DNA of 64,000 nucleotides from Batkoa obscura (Eukaryota): NCBI GenBank assembly GCA_030770535.1, contig JASVEC010000022.1, positions 186,001 to 250,000 of the forward strand, read 5' to 3'. Shown piece by piece: positions 28,461 to 41,844 of this stretch (position 1 is its first letter; each line of letters starts with the position of its first letter). The notes under the pieces were generated by a model. It saw only the letters and a program-made list of their open reading frames with translations, ran no database searches and was not told where the DNA came from. The position numbers and the translations under genes were made by a program.

Positions 28461-28726
28461 GTTAAAAGCTTTAAAAAATTTCCCAATATAAGCTTAAAAA
28501 TTAGTTAAAAAATTAGTTAATGTATTTTTTAACCTTTGGGTTACCTTTTTTTAATAATTTTATATCTCTTACTTATCAATTCAGTTCAAACATACATTTA
28601 ACATATTTTACTTATTGATTCAGGCTCAAATATTCATTTAACATACTTTACTATCGTAGTATTCTTATTTGTAAGTTCTGCTATTTATTGATTTCAGCAT
28701 TTGTATGTATTTTTTTACGATTCTGT

Positions 28727-28826
28727 GGGGATGTTTTTTTTTGATTTCATTACTTTTTCCATTTTCTAAGCGCTATTTGAGTGGAAAGATTGTCAATAAA
28801 ATCCTTAAACAAAAAAATACATCCCC
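28727..28826 (+). mobile_element. MITE copy 3
   Basis: GGGGATGT...ACATCCCC termini; flanks CTGT/CTAT (1 mismatch). Confidence 0.9.
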
Positions 28827-29725
28827 CTATCATCTTTTTGAATTTGCAGCTGTTGCAACTTTTTTGTGACCTAGTTAACTGCTCATTTGAAGAAAAAACT
28901 TACATTATGATTCGGGTAAAGTATAAGCATTAGGCCCTAAAAAAATTGGTTATATAAATAATTTAGTTATAAAAATCAATACTAAAATAATCGCAAGAGA
29001 GTTGCAATAGCTATATTATAAGCCTAGCTCGTTTATTTTCTTATATCTATTAAAAGTTACTCGTCTTTTGTTCAGATATCTCAGCTTTACTATCAATTCC
29101 ATAAGCGTTTTCACTTCATTACATTAGTCTACTACTATTCAGTTAGTTGCCTTTAATTTAAATAATAAAATTAACATCCTTTTTGTCTGTAACTATAGCA
29201 ACTGATCAAATATCCACCTTGTATATTATAAATAGAGTACCGAAGTAAATAATTTGTATTAATAAATAATTTATTTTATATAAACTAATGAACTACTTAC
29301 ATTTAATAAATTATTTTATCATTATGATAAGCCACTAAATGGAAATTACTAATATTTAACTAACATGAAGTTTATTTTATTTATAAACTAAAACTAATTG
29401 TGGTAGTGGTTATATTTTTAATGTCATATATAAGCAATAATGATTGAAATTTTCTTAAATCCATTAAGTTCAATAGCTTATTTTGAATCAATAGTCATAA
29501 AGTAACAACAAAGTTAATAAAGATAATAAATACTGTTCTCTTTTGTCTTTAATTTTATTTTTATCTTCTTAAATAAATACCAACAGCTTCTATCATTAAA
29601 AACTATATCTAAAGTGTCAATTTGCTTATTATAAAAAAACAAAAACAAAATAAATGAATGGAATTTAATAAAATCAAAAAGCGTAAACAATATATATGTC
29701 AACTTTTGTTAACTCTGTTCATAAT

Positions 29726-30562
29726 CTACTTTTGCTCTTTGCTATCCCATGATATATCATGCAATATTTTTCTTTTTGCTTTTGTTTCTATCTCTTTCTT
29801 TCCCAATGAAGATTTCCTTCCATACACTGCTTCTCATCTATTCCTTCATTCAACATACCTTGTTCTTCTTCCAATGTTTGCTTCATGACTTCTTGCTTCT
29901 CCATTTTAACTTCAACTTTTATTACTTGCTTCTCAACGCTTTTTTATCTAATTTAGCTATATTTTTTACGTTAGCTTCCTCCTTTATATTTTGCAACTCT
30001 TCATCTGCTATTTTGAATTCTCTCCCAAAGATTTTAATACTTCTTAAACTTATATCTATTTTTTTGGAATTTATCATCTTAGTATCATTTTCTGAATAGT
30101 CCAACAAGTTTGCTCTCAATTCCCCTTTAACACTATCTAGTAATTCTGTTTTCAATCCTCATTTTTTTTGAAATGTTTTGCTTGTTTTAATTCGTGTTCT
30201 CCTTGTAAAAGCTCTAATTTATTATTGTCTAATGATTGTTTTTGTATATCTCTGGATTTTTCTAGCAGATTTAAATCTTCTTTTTCCATTGTAGACATTG
30301 GTCTAAGAATACTTGAACAATTTTCCAGCCATCATATTCCATCTTCTGAAGTGGAGTAAGCCTAAAGATTTAAGTAATACAATATATTTCTTTTTGATGA
30401 AGACTACAATTATGTCATCTTGGTTAAGCATATCCTTTGTTGTCTCAAATTTACATGATTCATTGTTGACAGCCTAGTATTGTTCAATGAGTTGAACTGA
30501 ACTTAAGTAGTAACGTTTACCTGCTCGTTTTCAGCATTTAAATCATATTTCGGTGGATACAT
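29726..30562 (-). pseudogene. Coiled-coil family copy, disrupted
   Basis: Exon 1 MYPPKYDLNAENEQ|GT, exon 2 AG|GCTGTCAACAATGAA, exon 3 TTTAG|GCTTACTCC; stops and frameshifts downstream; family promoter upstream. Confidence 0.7.
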
Positions 30563-30722
30563 TTTAAAAAATGTCAAATTTATGTTCAAATAGTCACAAT
30601 AGCTTGAAATAAAAATAAATCAAACATAAATTATTTCGAAAGCACAGTTCTGTATTATAATTATTTATTTAAATCAGTAACCCTGGTTAATTTTATGATA
30701 TATAATATAGACTGAAATCAAT

Positions 30723-30817
30723 GGCAGTGTTCTTTTGGTTTCATCACTTTTTTCATTTTACAAGCATTATTTGAGCAGAAAAATTGTTGGTAAAATTCTT
30801 GAACCAAAAGACATCCC
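30723..30817 (+). mobile_element. MITE copy 4 (diverged)
   Basis: Alignable over the full length; flanks CAAT/TAAT. Confidence 0.8.
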
Positions 30818-31635
30818 TAATGACCAAATATTTAACATAGTAATAAGAAAAGTAACAATAAAAATAAGAATATAAATTGTAAAATTTACTTTAAAAAGCT
30901 TCTATCAGCTTTCAAAATAGAAAAGGTATTTTAACTATCTTGATTAACTTCTGTTTACTAAATTATTTTAAAATTATTGTGATATGAAAAATGAAACTGT
31001 GAATTTCGAAAATAGGATAATTCAAATGATGGAATGTAGGAATTTTTAAAAGTAAAAAAGAGTGTAATTATAAATTACTTAGTTTATGTTTTTTATAATC
31101 GCAGTAAAAATGAAATTGAAATCAATCAATAAACGTAGCTTATTTTAGCTTGTCATTTTTTTGCAGCGTAATTCACCACAATAGAACTGACAAATTTCAA
31201 AGAGTAGATTTCAAACATTAATATGACTATAATTAATAATTTGTTATCAATATATAAACAAAACTTTCAAATATGAATATATTTGTATCTTAGCTTCAGT
31301 TTTGATTGTAGATATAGTAATATTTAAAATTAAACATGTGAAATTCATCAATAGTTCTTTATTGTTAAATACAAAAATAAAAGTATGAAATATTTTGCAT
31401 GTAGTTTTAATAATTAATTTTGCTTATAGCTTATCTCTCATAAAAAAGTAATTATAATCAGTATTAAAAACGAAGTAAATTAGATGGCGCTTATACTCTA
31501 GTTGTTCATACATACTCAAACCCATAAAATTTCATATTTACTTTACTAAAATAAAATAAGTTTTTTGAGACGTACGAGAAAACAATAACAACAACATGTA
31601 GTAATCTAATGTATGTTTATTTAAAAAATCTAAGG

Positions 31636-32754
31636 TTATAATATCTTTTTAACAGATTTGATAATATCACTGAAATTATCTTTGATATACCCTTTCGCAA
31701 GATTACCGCTTTCTTTTAAAACTTGTTTACGAACCCCATTAAGGACAATCAATTTTTCATTGAACTGAGCTCCTTTATATTCATTGAGAATCATTTCGTC
31801 TGCAGTAGGGCCTAAAATAGCATTAGAAGTAGCAGCTAAAATCAATCCTGCATATGGAACAGCAGAAAGACCAGCAGTTATAGCAGTTCTCATAACATCT
31901 AAAGCCTTGTTGTTATAAGCAAGTTTTGAAGCATTAATTAAAGGTAAATTTCGAAGACATGAAGCTACAGAAGTAGCAGGATTATATGATCCACTTGATC
32001 CACAATAATAACCACGGTCTTTATCATAGTTAGTACCCCAAAAACCACAGCCAGAACGAGTGTCCTTGTTTGAAATTAGTTGAAAGCATCTGCTAAAATC
32101 GTACTTCATGGCAGCAGTTCGTAACACATCATTAGCCAATAAACAAATCTTATCAATGCCTAATACATGATCATCGGATTGAATTGTTTGGGCATCTCTT
32201 TTATATAAATTAGTATTATTCAAGATCTTGGTAACTATACTTTCAGTCATTTTAATTTGAAAGACTTGACGGTAGTTTTGATCATCTGGATGTAAATTGT
32301 CCATAGGAATAAAAATCGATCTTAAACCTTGTCTCAAATCTACAGAAACATAATTTTTACTTCCAATATTAGGTGCAACATATAAATAGTCTCTCTCTTT
32401 GTTTGTAGATGTAATTTCCATGATATCTAAATTTTTCATTTCACCAATTGAATCCGAGGTTTTTATACGGAAATTATCAGTACAATACTGTCTTGAAAAT
32501 GTATCACAAGTTTTAGAGTTACGAAGACAGCTCTTTCCTTTATACCATTCCTCTGATTTCCTATCTTTTCCTACTATTAGCAACCAATGGTGTAATGGCT
32601 GGCAATTACGTTGGTATTTTGGTGATATATCAATTTCGAACCAAACTAGATCATAATTAACTTTGTAACAGGTCTTGTCCAAGTAAGTCAATCCAAGAGG
32701 ATCTTGACTTAAAGTAGCAGAGATGAAAAATAGGAGAGATGAAAGTAAAAACAT
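31636..32754 (-). CDS. Secreted Cys-rich protein of unknown family, copy B
   Basis: Paralogue of 24661-25791. The likely start is MFLLSSLL at 32754; the ORF track extends to a non-ATG start at 32817. Confidence 0.85.
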   Translation of the reverse strand: MFLLSSLLFFISATLSQDPLGLTYLDKTCYKVNYDLVWFEIDISPKYQRNCQPLHHWLLIVGKDRKSEEWYKGKSCLRNSKTCDTFSRQYCTDNFRIKTSDSIGEMKNLDIMEITSTNKERDYLYVAPNIGSKNYVSVDLRQGLRSIFIPMDNLHPDDQNYRQVFQIKMTESIVTKILNNTNLYKRDAQTIQSDDHVLGIDKICLLANDVLRTAAMKYDFSRCFQLISNKDTRSGCGFWGTNYDKDRGYYCGSSGSYNPATSVASCLRNLPLINASKLAYNNKALDVMRTAITAGLSAVPYAGLILAATSNAILGPTADEMILNEYKGAQFNEKLIVLNGVRKQVLKESGNLAKGYIKDNFSDIIKSVKKIL

Positions 32755-33828
32755 TTTTTTTAGTATATTACTTACTCGTTTTTCTTTCGTATATATAGGT
32801 TTTTTCAATTTTTTCAATACTATATATATGTTAAATATTAATTATAAAACAAGATTCTATCTTAATGATTTAAGATATAATGAGTACAAATTAATAAAGA
32901 ATTAATAAATAGAATTCTTTTAAAACAGATACCATTGTAACATAAGCATAAAGAAATTCATATTAGTACTAGTAAGTTTGTTTTTTAAGATATGCATTAT
33001 ATAATTTAGCATAGCTTTTATTTTTTAATCTTTATTGATTTTCTTACCCCGTTCCAATTTTATTTATTCTATTCTTAGTAATTTGATTTTTGATCAATTG
33101 GCTCTTTAGATCATACCAAATTGCTCACTGTACTTTAACGTTATGCAGTTGCTGGATTTGCCCCTAATTAAATATTTGAGTTAGTATATTTATTAAGTTT
33201 TTAATAGAAGTTACTCCTATATTAGTATTCTAGATTAATAACATATGTTAGACTTCTGCTTAAAGCTTATTTTTGAAATATGTAATCAATTTCAATATAG
33301 TGTTTGAATATAATATAACTATTATTTACATTAAATTAGTTTGCAAAAAAAATACTTTCTATTATGAAGATGAGTATTTGTTTTAAAAAATATAGAGCTT
33401 TATTAATTATTTATTTATTTGAATTTTATAAAGATTATTATACATGTAGTGATTTTTTCAAAGTTACATGTCATGCTAACGACTACAGTACGACGTATTT
33501 AGTGATTTAATAAAGTTGATTGAATTGAATAAAGTTTGGCATCATTATTTTTATATCCAAAAGAAGATTCATAAATGAAGTTAAAATTACAAAATCGATT
33601 GATAAACCAAAATCAGCCGCTTCTAGTCCAATAATAATATTATTATAATTAAATAATACTTAGATTTATGCTTTGAGTTTGATATATTGATAGGTATCGT
33701 GTTATAGAATCTAAAATTTCATAGCTGACTATTCTAATTTCTTAACAAATATTACATATCTATTTATAATGTGTTATTGAATTTAACTTTAGTTGTAGTT
33801 AAAAGACAATTACATTTAAACTATAAAT

Positions 33829-33924
33829 GAGGGTGTTTTTTGGTTTCATCACTTTTTCCATTTTTAAACGCTATTTGAGTGGAAAATTTGTTAGTAAAAT
33901 TCTTAAACAAAAAAATACTTCCCC
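33829..33924 (+). mobile_element. MITE copy 5
   Basis: AAAT duplicated on both sides; the paralogous empty site near 27036 has a single AAAT. Confidence 0.92.
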
Positions 33925-34221
33925 AAATGTCTTTTTAATTCAAATGTCGAATATAGGTTGTTTTTGGTCATTGTAAATCTTTGAAAAATTATAGTAAAAA
34001 AACGAAAATAGCTTTAAACAATTTAAGATCATATTATAATATTAATATAATATACTTTTATTAAAAACGTTATAAGAACTTAAAATTGCTATATCAAAAT
34101 AATAGTATAATGAAATTGTTTACTAAATGTTTAAAAATTTAATTGTAATTAAGAAAATAAAGTTTTAACCCTTTTTAATAAAGTTTTTAAATAAAATAAA
34201 AAATATTTTTAACTTAAATAT

Positions 34222-36373
34222 GGGGGTGTCCGAATTGGTTTCATTTTTTTGTCCAATTTTTAAATTATTTTATTATAATTTATATTGTAAGTTAGCGGAA
34301 TTTCTATCAAATTTAATATAAATTCCTGAATTAGCAAGGCTTTTGCCAATATAGCCTATATAGTGATAGTAATTAAAGTTGTAATATGTAAATAAATATA
34401 TATTTTTATAAAACTTTATTAAGAAATATTTATTATTGACTGCTTTATAGCCAACACTGCAGATTTACTATCAAATAAATAAATTATTTTAATGTTATAA
34501 TTACATTATCAATACATCGCTAAGCTGATAAATAGCTGCATGGGAGGGAGTAGTTAGCCCCAAAACTATAATTAACCATCCCTATGTAACACAAGCGGTG
34601 TAATAATAGTTTTTACTTATTATTACAACTACTTGCTCTTTGACTATTTATTAACTTAGCTATCAATAATTTAAGTAATATCAACATTTAATAATTGATT
34701 TCTATCATTTAATAAGCTACTTACTTGCTTACTAAATATTGAAACTTTTAAATTTTCAGTTATTTTTGTAAGATAAGCTGGGGTTGATCTTTTAATTTTT
34801 CTATCCTCTATAGACTCTATAACTTTAATTGAAATTATATCACTTTTTTTTGATTTATCAGATGCTGCATAACAGTGTAATTTATTACCACGTTTAATAA
34901 AAGGTAAATACTTTTTAATACCTTGTATTTTTATTACTCTTTTTGTATCTTTGTTTCTTTCACACTTTTTAAAAATTATATTTGTTTTCCCATTATTGAC
35001 AGTTGAGTTATTAACCCTATTATGTTCACAAATAAAAATCTCAAATTTTGAAATCAATTGATCAATATCTTCTATTTTACCTAATGCTTCAAAGCTATTT
35101 TTCCACTGTGAAAGATTTCCAAAATGTCCGTCAACTATACTTTTTCCATGGTGCTCAGCAAAAAAATTAAGATCAATATTTAAACTACTATTTATTTTAT
35201 AAGTTTCTTCAAATATATAATGTAAAAACTCTTGAGATCTAAAATGATTTGCTATATCTGCCCATATTAATTTTTGTAAACTTTTTAAATAAAAACTCTT
35301 TAGATATTAAATCAATTAAACAATCTCCTGAATATACTGAATCATGATTTAATATTTCAGATAAATAACCAAAATAAACTTTGCCTATTGTTTTATCATT
35401 TTTTAAATATAAAACACCAAACCCTAATACTGATATAGCTTGTTTATTATAATGATCTAAATTTATTGGATCTGGTCTTGTCCCTATTTGGATATTTTGT
35501 TTAAAGTCTAAAATTATTACACAACTTCTATTACTTATTTTTTTAATAGTTTCACTAAATATGTTTTTTTGAGTATCAAAACAAAATTCATGTAATTTAT
35601 ATAACCCTTTTTCTTTATTAAAAGATTCCTGTATCTCTGTTTTATTTTTTGTCGCTGTGTTTATTTTATTTTCAAATAACTTTTTTCTAACTGTATACTG
35701 GGCACATATATTACATAAATCCGTTTTTCTTGCTGGATTTTTAAAATTATTTGGTATATATTTAAAAATGTTGACCTAGCTACTGCTTTATCTTTTAAAT
35801 CATTAAAATATTTACTGTATATCATTCTTCTACTTTTATTTAATGTATATATATTATCTGACGAATATTTATTATCATTATTTTTTTTATTAAATCTTGA
35901 TGAAATAGTTGAATTATCAAGTAAATATTGTATAATAATCTCAATTTGCTCATCTTTAATTTTTTTTGTATTTTTAATAATAGGTTGTAATGTTGGTGTT
36001 TTATTATTACTAATTATTTTTGAATAATCATATTGATTTATACTTATATTAAATCCAAAGCTTCTACATTCATCAAAAGAATATACTGAAGCTATAGTTG
36101 ATAATAATACTACTTGCTGGTTTTTATTTCCTGTTTCCTTTAAAGCACTAGTTTTATACATTGCTTGGTTAAGTTTATTATTATTAATAGTAAAATTTAA
36201 CAACTTTTCTTTTCTTTTTTTATTTTATTATAAAATTCCATAAACTCTGGGTTATTGTGAATAGTTGTTAAAATTGATGTAAATGAATTACAATATTTAT
36301 ATAATGTGCTTCTCTCTATCGTATTAAAGTTTTTAGAAATTTCATTTCGAAGTTTAGTTATAAAAGCTTGCAT
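34222..36373 (-). mobile_element. Sola2-like DNA transposon relic with frameshifted DDD transposase (coding about 34671-36373)
   Basis: Minus-strand motifs PARKTDLCNIC, CVIILDFKQN, LIWADIANHFRSQE and NFFAEHHGKSIVDGHFG. Terminus at 34222 is GGGGGTGTCCGAATTGGTTTCAT. Several frameshifts. The second terminus was not found. Confidence 0.75.
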
Positions 36374-37645
36374 TTTGTTTTTATTTTAATAAAAAATAAA
36401 GTCACATAATTACATACTTATGTTTTATATACCTATTGAACATTTAATAAAAAAATACAAAACACTATGAAATATCGTTTCATCAGCTTTATGATTGATT
36501 ACCGCATAATAATCACTTAACTTGTTTACAAAACTAGTTGGAGTATAAAAGAGATTCTTCAACATGATACCTCGAGGCTTTTTAATTGAATTGTTCCCTA
36601 ATACTGTACTTTTAATAAAGCCAGTAAGTTTTATAGTATTTTAAGTAGATTTTACAGTAGTATCTTCTATTCTATTTATTTTATATAGTTCGTAGCTTAT
36701 TGCACACTATTCCTATTAAGTTAAGTCTATCTTAGTTACACAAACTAAGACCCTTCGACTCAAAGCAAGTTAATCAACTAAGGGCTGCTTTTAACTCCAA
36801 CCATTGAGTATTAAACTTTCACATCATTCCAGACTAGAAATACAAAAGCGAATTAAACAAAAATAAAGTACTCAATTTTAAATTTAGTAATCAAACTTTA
36901 CTTGACTTGAAAGTTTGGTATTTTTTTATAGGATTTGTCTTACATGATTCCAGCTTAAAATAACAACACACTATTTAAGTTATAGGAATTACAACAGTAA
37001 AATATACTTTCTAATAAGAATTTTTTAAATTAAAGTTGTTTAATTAGCTAAAAAGCTTTACAAATCAATTATTTTGAGATAATGTAATATTCCTAGAAAA
37101 GCTTTATTTTTTGAAAGGATTTTTTTTTAAAATTTAAACAAAAGATTTTCAGTTAGACCTTTTTATCATTGTATTTTAATTATTTCAATTTGACCAATTA
37201 ATAAAAGTTTTTCAAAATTATTTAAGTTATCCATACGTATAAAAAAAAGCACATCAATACACTTATGTTGTAGTGAGTTTTTGCAGATTGTTAAGAATTC
37301 CAGCTTAAAAAAAACTTGAACCAAAATTTATGGAATTGATCAAGAGTTACTCACCAATACTCTGCCTGCTTGAGGGTATCATGTAATCATAAGAGGCGAC
37401 AAAAAAATAAGCTTTAGTAACAAAGGTTATATCAGAGCACAAGGTGCGTAGCTATGCCAAATATGAAAAAAATAATAATAAATTGAACTTGTATTTTCTA
37501 AAATACAAAAAAATACCACTTATTGTGTCCTGAAGGGAGTATTAAAAACCAAAAAATATAAGTTTATTTTAAATAGTCACACTAAACTGGAATAAAAATA
37601 AACTAATAGTCATGATTTGTCTGTAAACTACCACATGGGAAATAT

Positions 37646-37738
37646 GAATGTGTATTTTTTAGTTTCATTTATTTGCTATTTTTAAGCACTATTGGGTGGG
37701 GGGATGAATATTAGAATTTTTAAACAAAAAAAAACCTT
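37646..37738 (+). mobile_element. MITE copy 6 (strongly decayed)
   Basis: TTTTTAGTTTCAT...TTTAAGCACTATTGGGTGG...AATTTTTAAACAAAAAA still aligns to the consensus. Confidence 0.6.
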
Positions 37739-37884
37739 ATCATTAATTTAATAAAATAAAAATATAGTAACAATTTTATTTAGAAAAAATTCATGAATTA
37801 AATTGCAAAAAATAAACAAGCAATTTAATAAAATCAGTGACGATAGAACATAACAATAGGGATATTAATCTTTGTTAGCTTTAC

Positions 37885-39075
37885 TTATGGTTTGTCTTTA
37901 CTTTTCATCATTCTCCAATGTTTCAAAAGATCTTCTTCTTTTTTGTTTTAACTCTTTTCTTTTTTGTAAAAGTTTTAGGACCTTCTTCTCCAACAGGCTT
38001 CTTCCCCAACAGGCTTCTTCTTCCGTAAGTTGCATCATATGAATTCCTTGATTTAATACAGGGCCTTTTTTAACAGTATATATCTCAATTATTTCTTCTT
38101 CTCAATTCGATTCTGTTTCCACAATTTGCATCACAATATCTTCTTCCTCCGATTCAACATCAGTATCTATTATTTGCATCTCAATCCTTCTATTTTCAAA
38201 TTTAGCCTCTTGATTCATCTTACCTGCTTTTTCCAATTTAACTTTCTCTTCCAATCTAGCCTTTTCTTCCAATCTAGCCTTTTCTTCCAATCTAGCCTTT
38301 TCTTCCAATCTAGCCTTTTCTTCCACTTTGGCTTTCTCTACAAATCTGACACTCTCTTCTAATCTAGCTTTTTCATTTATTCTAGCTTCGGCTTCCGCTT
38401 CCATCCTTTGAACATGATTATTCTTATCCCTTACTTTCTTCTCATAATTTTGAATATCCTTTAAAGTTCTTTCACTTTGGTTTTCTTTGCTTTTTATTTC
38501 AATCTTATTTTTGTGAATTTCTGAAAAGCCGATTTCCAATGTTTCATTTTCATTTTTTAAATCTTCTTCATCTCGCGCAATTTCTAACAGAACTGCTTCC
38601 ATTTTTCTCTTTTCATTTTTCATGTTCTCTGCTTGCTTCATGACCTTTAAAAGGTTTGCTTCCAATTTTTCCTTGAAATCAAGAACCTGGTTTTTTTCTA
38701 TTCTTAAGTTTTCTTGTTTCTTTGAAATTTTTAATTGTCTGTTTTTCAATCTCGGTTCTTGTAAATTAATTGAAGTCACTAAAGATCTGATGTCTTTCTT
38801 GTAAACTTCAATACATGACTTCCAAATATATAGATTGGATTCTAGCCCATTTATATCTAATTTTAGTTTAGAATAAGCCTAAGATATTGTTTAGTTTCAC
38901 TTATTTTTTAGTAAAAGTAATATTTCTTTCAATTAAATTTATTATACCTTCATTCTTAAAAGTTCGTTTGGTTCATTACTATCACCCTAATATTATCAAG
39001 TAAATTGAATTGAAATTGAGTAACAACACTTACTTTCTCGATTTCAGTAATTGAATTAATATTATTTGGAGTCAT
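37885..39075 (-). pseudogene. Coiled-coil family copy with premature stop at 38102 and an internal EEKARL repeat
   Basis: 3-exon family structure. The long exon (AYSKLKLDI...LQEPRLKNRQL) is open to a TGA, after which family-like sequence continues. 18-bp tandem repeat at about 38245-38322. Confidence 0.7.
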
Positions 39076-39319
39076 TTTAACAGATAGAAAATAAAATATT
39101 ATGCTTAAATATTCATCATAAAAATAAAAAATCATCCAATAGGTCTAATCTATTTCAAATCGCGAATATTCAACTTGATCATTTACTTGAAATCAATTAA
39201 CGTCATCATCAAGAGTTTATCTTATAAAGATCACTTAAATTAACTATAGTAATAAGTAAAATATAAAATAATAATAATAGTAAATTGATAATCTTTATTA
39301 GTTTTGGTTATAGTTTATC

Positions 39320-40150
39320 TTTTCTTCTTGATAGCCTTTAATGCTTCGCGCAATTTTCTTGTTTTCTTATTTTCTCCTTTAACCCCTTTCCTTTTTTAAA
39401 ATGCTCTAACTTTTCTTTTTCCAATAATGCGTCTACTTCCGTAGCTTGCTTTTCACCGATTTGTTTATTTAGTCTAACGTGTACTTCTGGTATTTCTATT
39501 TTAACTTCTCCCTCTTCCGGTTTAACTTTTACATCTGTTATTTGCATCCTAGCTTTTTCTTTTTCCAATTTAGCTATTTCGTCCAATATAGCCTTTTTTT
39601 TCATCTGGACTTCTTTTTCCACTCTAGCTTTCTCCACCTCTATACCTTACTCCTCTGTTTTTTTTACCACACTGTTAGCCGTTCGCAGATTTTTTAAAAG
39701 CTTGAATATGTTTTAAAAAGATTTTTTCTCGCTTTCCAATGTTTACCATCTCACCATCATTCTTCCCAAAATTTAATATATTTGCTTTCAATTTTTTTTA
39801 TAGAGATTTGATCTTGCTTGATTTTTAATTTGCTTTTTTCTTATATAATGTCTAACCTTTCGATTTCCAATGCTGGTTTTTGTAGCGCCTTATATTTCTT
39901 TAGCTCAGCCAAGTTTTCTTTTTCTTTTTTAACTTTTGATTTAAGCATTCTCAGACAATTATCTGAACTCTATCTCATTTTTAGTGTGGAATAAGTCTAA
40001 ACAATTTGTTATTGTTATTTGGATCAATCATATCTAGCGTAATTATAATCTCATTTGAATTACTATTGATAGCCTAATTATATTTTATATTTTGAGTTGA
40101 ACTTAGATAATAAAAGCCACGTCATCCCTTGTGCTTGAGCCAAATTTATA
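39320..40150 (-). pseudogene. Coiled-coil family copy, disrupted
   Basis: Family exon junction (AG|GCTATCAATAGTAAT), LLEKEKL motif, multiple frameshifts. Confidence 0.65.
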
Positions 40151-40419
40151 TAATCTCGTTTTTAAAAAGTAAAAATAAAACCAAATTTTTTAATTAATAG
40201 TCACATTAAAATAAAATAAAGATGAACCAATAAACATAGTTTACTCTCAAATCATCATTTTTTGCTTTGTCATCCTTTATTCAATACAAACTAACATGTC
40301 AATTTTATTTAGCAATAGACTTATATTATAAACTACAAAAAAGGAATAAATATTTAAATAAAGTCAATGATTAAATAACACTAGTAAATAAGCCAATCCA
40401 TATCAAATTTATTGCCAAT

Positions 40420-41400
40420 TTACCTCTGCTTCTTGGTATTTTTAAATATTTTGTAAAACCTTTTTCTTTTCTCTCTTAAGCCTTTTTTTCTTTCTACAAG
40501 TTTTCGCTCTTCTTTCTTTAATAAGACTTCTTCTTCCACAAGTTGTTTCAAATATGCTTTTTGCTCTAATATACGATTTTCTTCCATTTCAGAAGTCATA
40601 ATCGCTTCTTCCTTTGAATTTGATTCTATTTCCTCAATTTTCTTCTCAATTTCTTTTTCTTTAGACTCAACTTTTAGACCCATTGTTCGCATTTCATCCC
40701 TTTTGTCTTCCAAAATACCCCCTTGGTCCATTTTAGTCGCTTGTTCCAAGCCAGCCTTTTCTATCATTTGAACTCCCTTTTGTGTTCTAGCTTTCTTTTC
40801 TAATATTTGCATATAACTATTTAATATTTTTAAATAACCCTCAAGGACCTGGATATGCTTCAAATTACTTTCGTTCCTTTTTTCTAATTTTATTAACTCT
40901 TCATCATTCTCTGGGATATTTAATATCTCCGTTTCCAACTTTTCTCTTTCTTCATTTAATTTGATTATTTCTTCTATGAGTTCATATAATTGTAATCCTA
41001 TCTTGCTTTTTAAAGCCTCCAATTTATTTATTTTATTTGCTATTTCTAGTTTCTTTTTTTTCAATTCTGTTTCTTGTAATTTACATGGAAACATAATTAC
41101 CATACGATCTTTATTGGTGTCGATGCAAGATTTCAAACGATCCAAGTAACATTCTAATTTGTTTATATTGATTTTCAGTTTAGAATAAACCTAAAAAGTT
41201 TAATTAATTTTATACGTTTCATTTATTTATTAATAAAAATTACCTCTCTCTCACCTAGATCCAACATATCATCTATTTCATTAAACGAGTTTAATTCGTT
41301 GTTGTTAGCCTAATACCACTTAGTAAAATATAGATTGAATTTAAGCGGTAATATTTACCTCCTCCATTTCAGCGTTTGTATTGTCACCTTGAAAACTCAT
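40420..41400 (-). CDS. Lys/Glu-rich coiled-coil protein of unknown family; the one clearly intact member of the array (3 exons)
   Basis: Splices in frame: MSFQGDNTNAEMEE|ANNNELNSFNEIDDMLDLGERE|VYSKLKININKLECYLDRLK...EKRKRFYKIFKNTKKQR*. Confidence 0.7.
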
Positions 41401-41844
41401 TTAAAGTAAAAAATAAAAAATGTGTAGTTCATGCTAAATAGTCACAATAAATTTGAAATATAATCAGCCAATAAAGGTTATTTATTTTTTAACCCTTTGA
41501 GTACCAGACATCTCGAAAAAGTTCTGTTCGATTAAATTGAAATTTTTGATCTATTTTTTGATGATTGAAGATTATTGATTTTTCTTAGCTAGGGCTAATT
41601 TGATGAGCAAATATTTGTCATTATTTAAGTTTGATTTACAAAAATTTGGAGAACATAGCTCGTTAACAGTACTTAAGTGGTTAAAGGTCATTTTTACATT
41701 ATAGTTATTGTTTTAAGCTTATGACGTAGGAGCCATTTATTTTACAAAGAAATTAAATTAACTTAAATTCCAATAAATATGTAAATATTAATATCTAAAA
41801 ATGAAAACAAAAATAATCAGCGCAGTCTTTTATTTTGCTTATGA

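Noticed and set aside
36562..37384. 10-bp inverted repeat ACATGATACC / GGTATCATGT as TIRs of another element
   Set aside because: Too short, with no clear target duplication and no internal ORF.
36374..37740. Second terminus of the Sola2-like element
   Set aside because: No convincing ACAYCCCC end was found; the nearby 37646 sequence is better explained as a separate decayed MITE.
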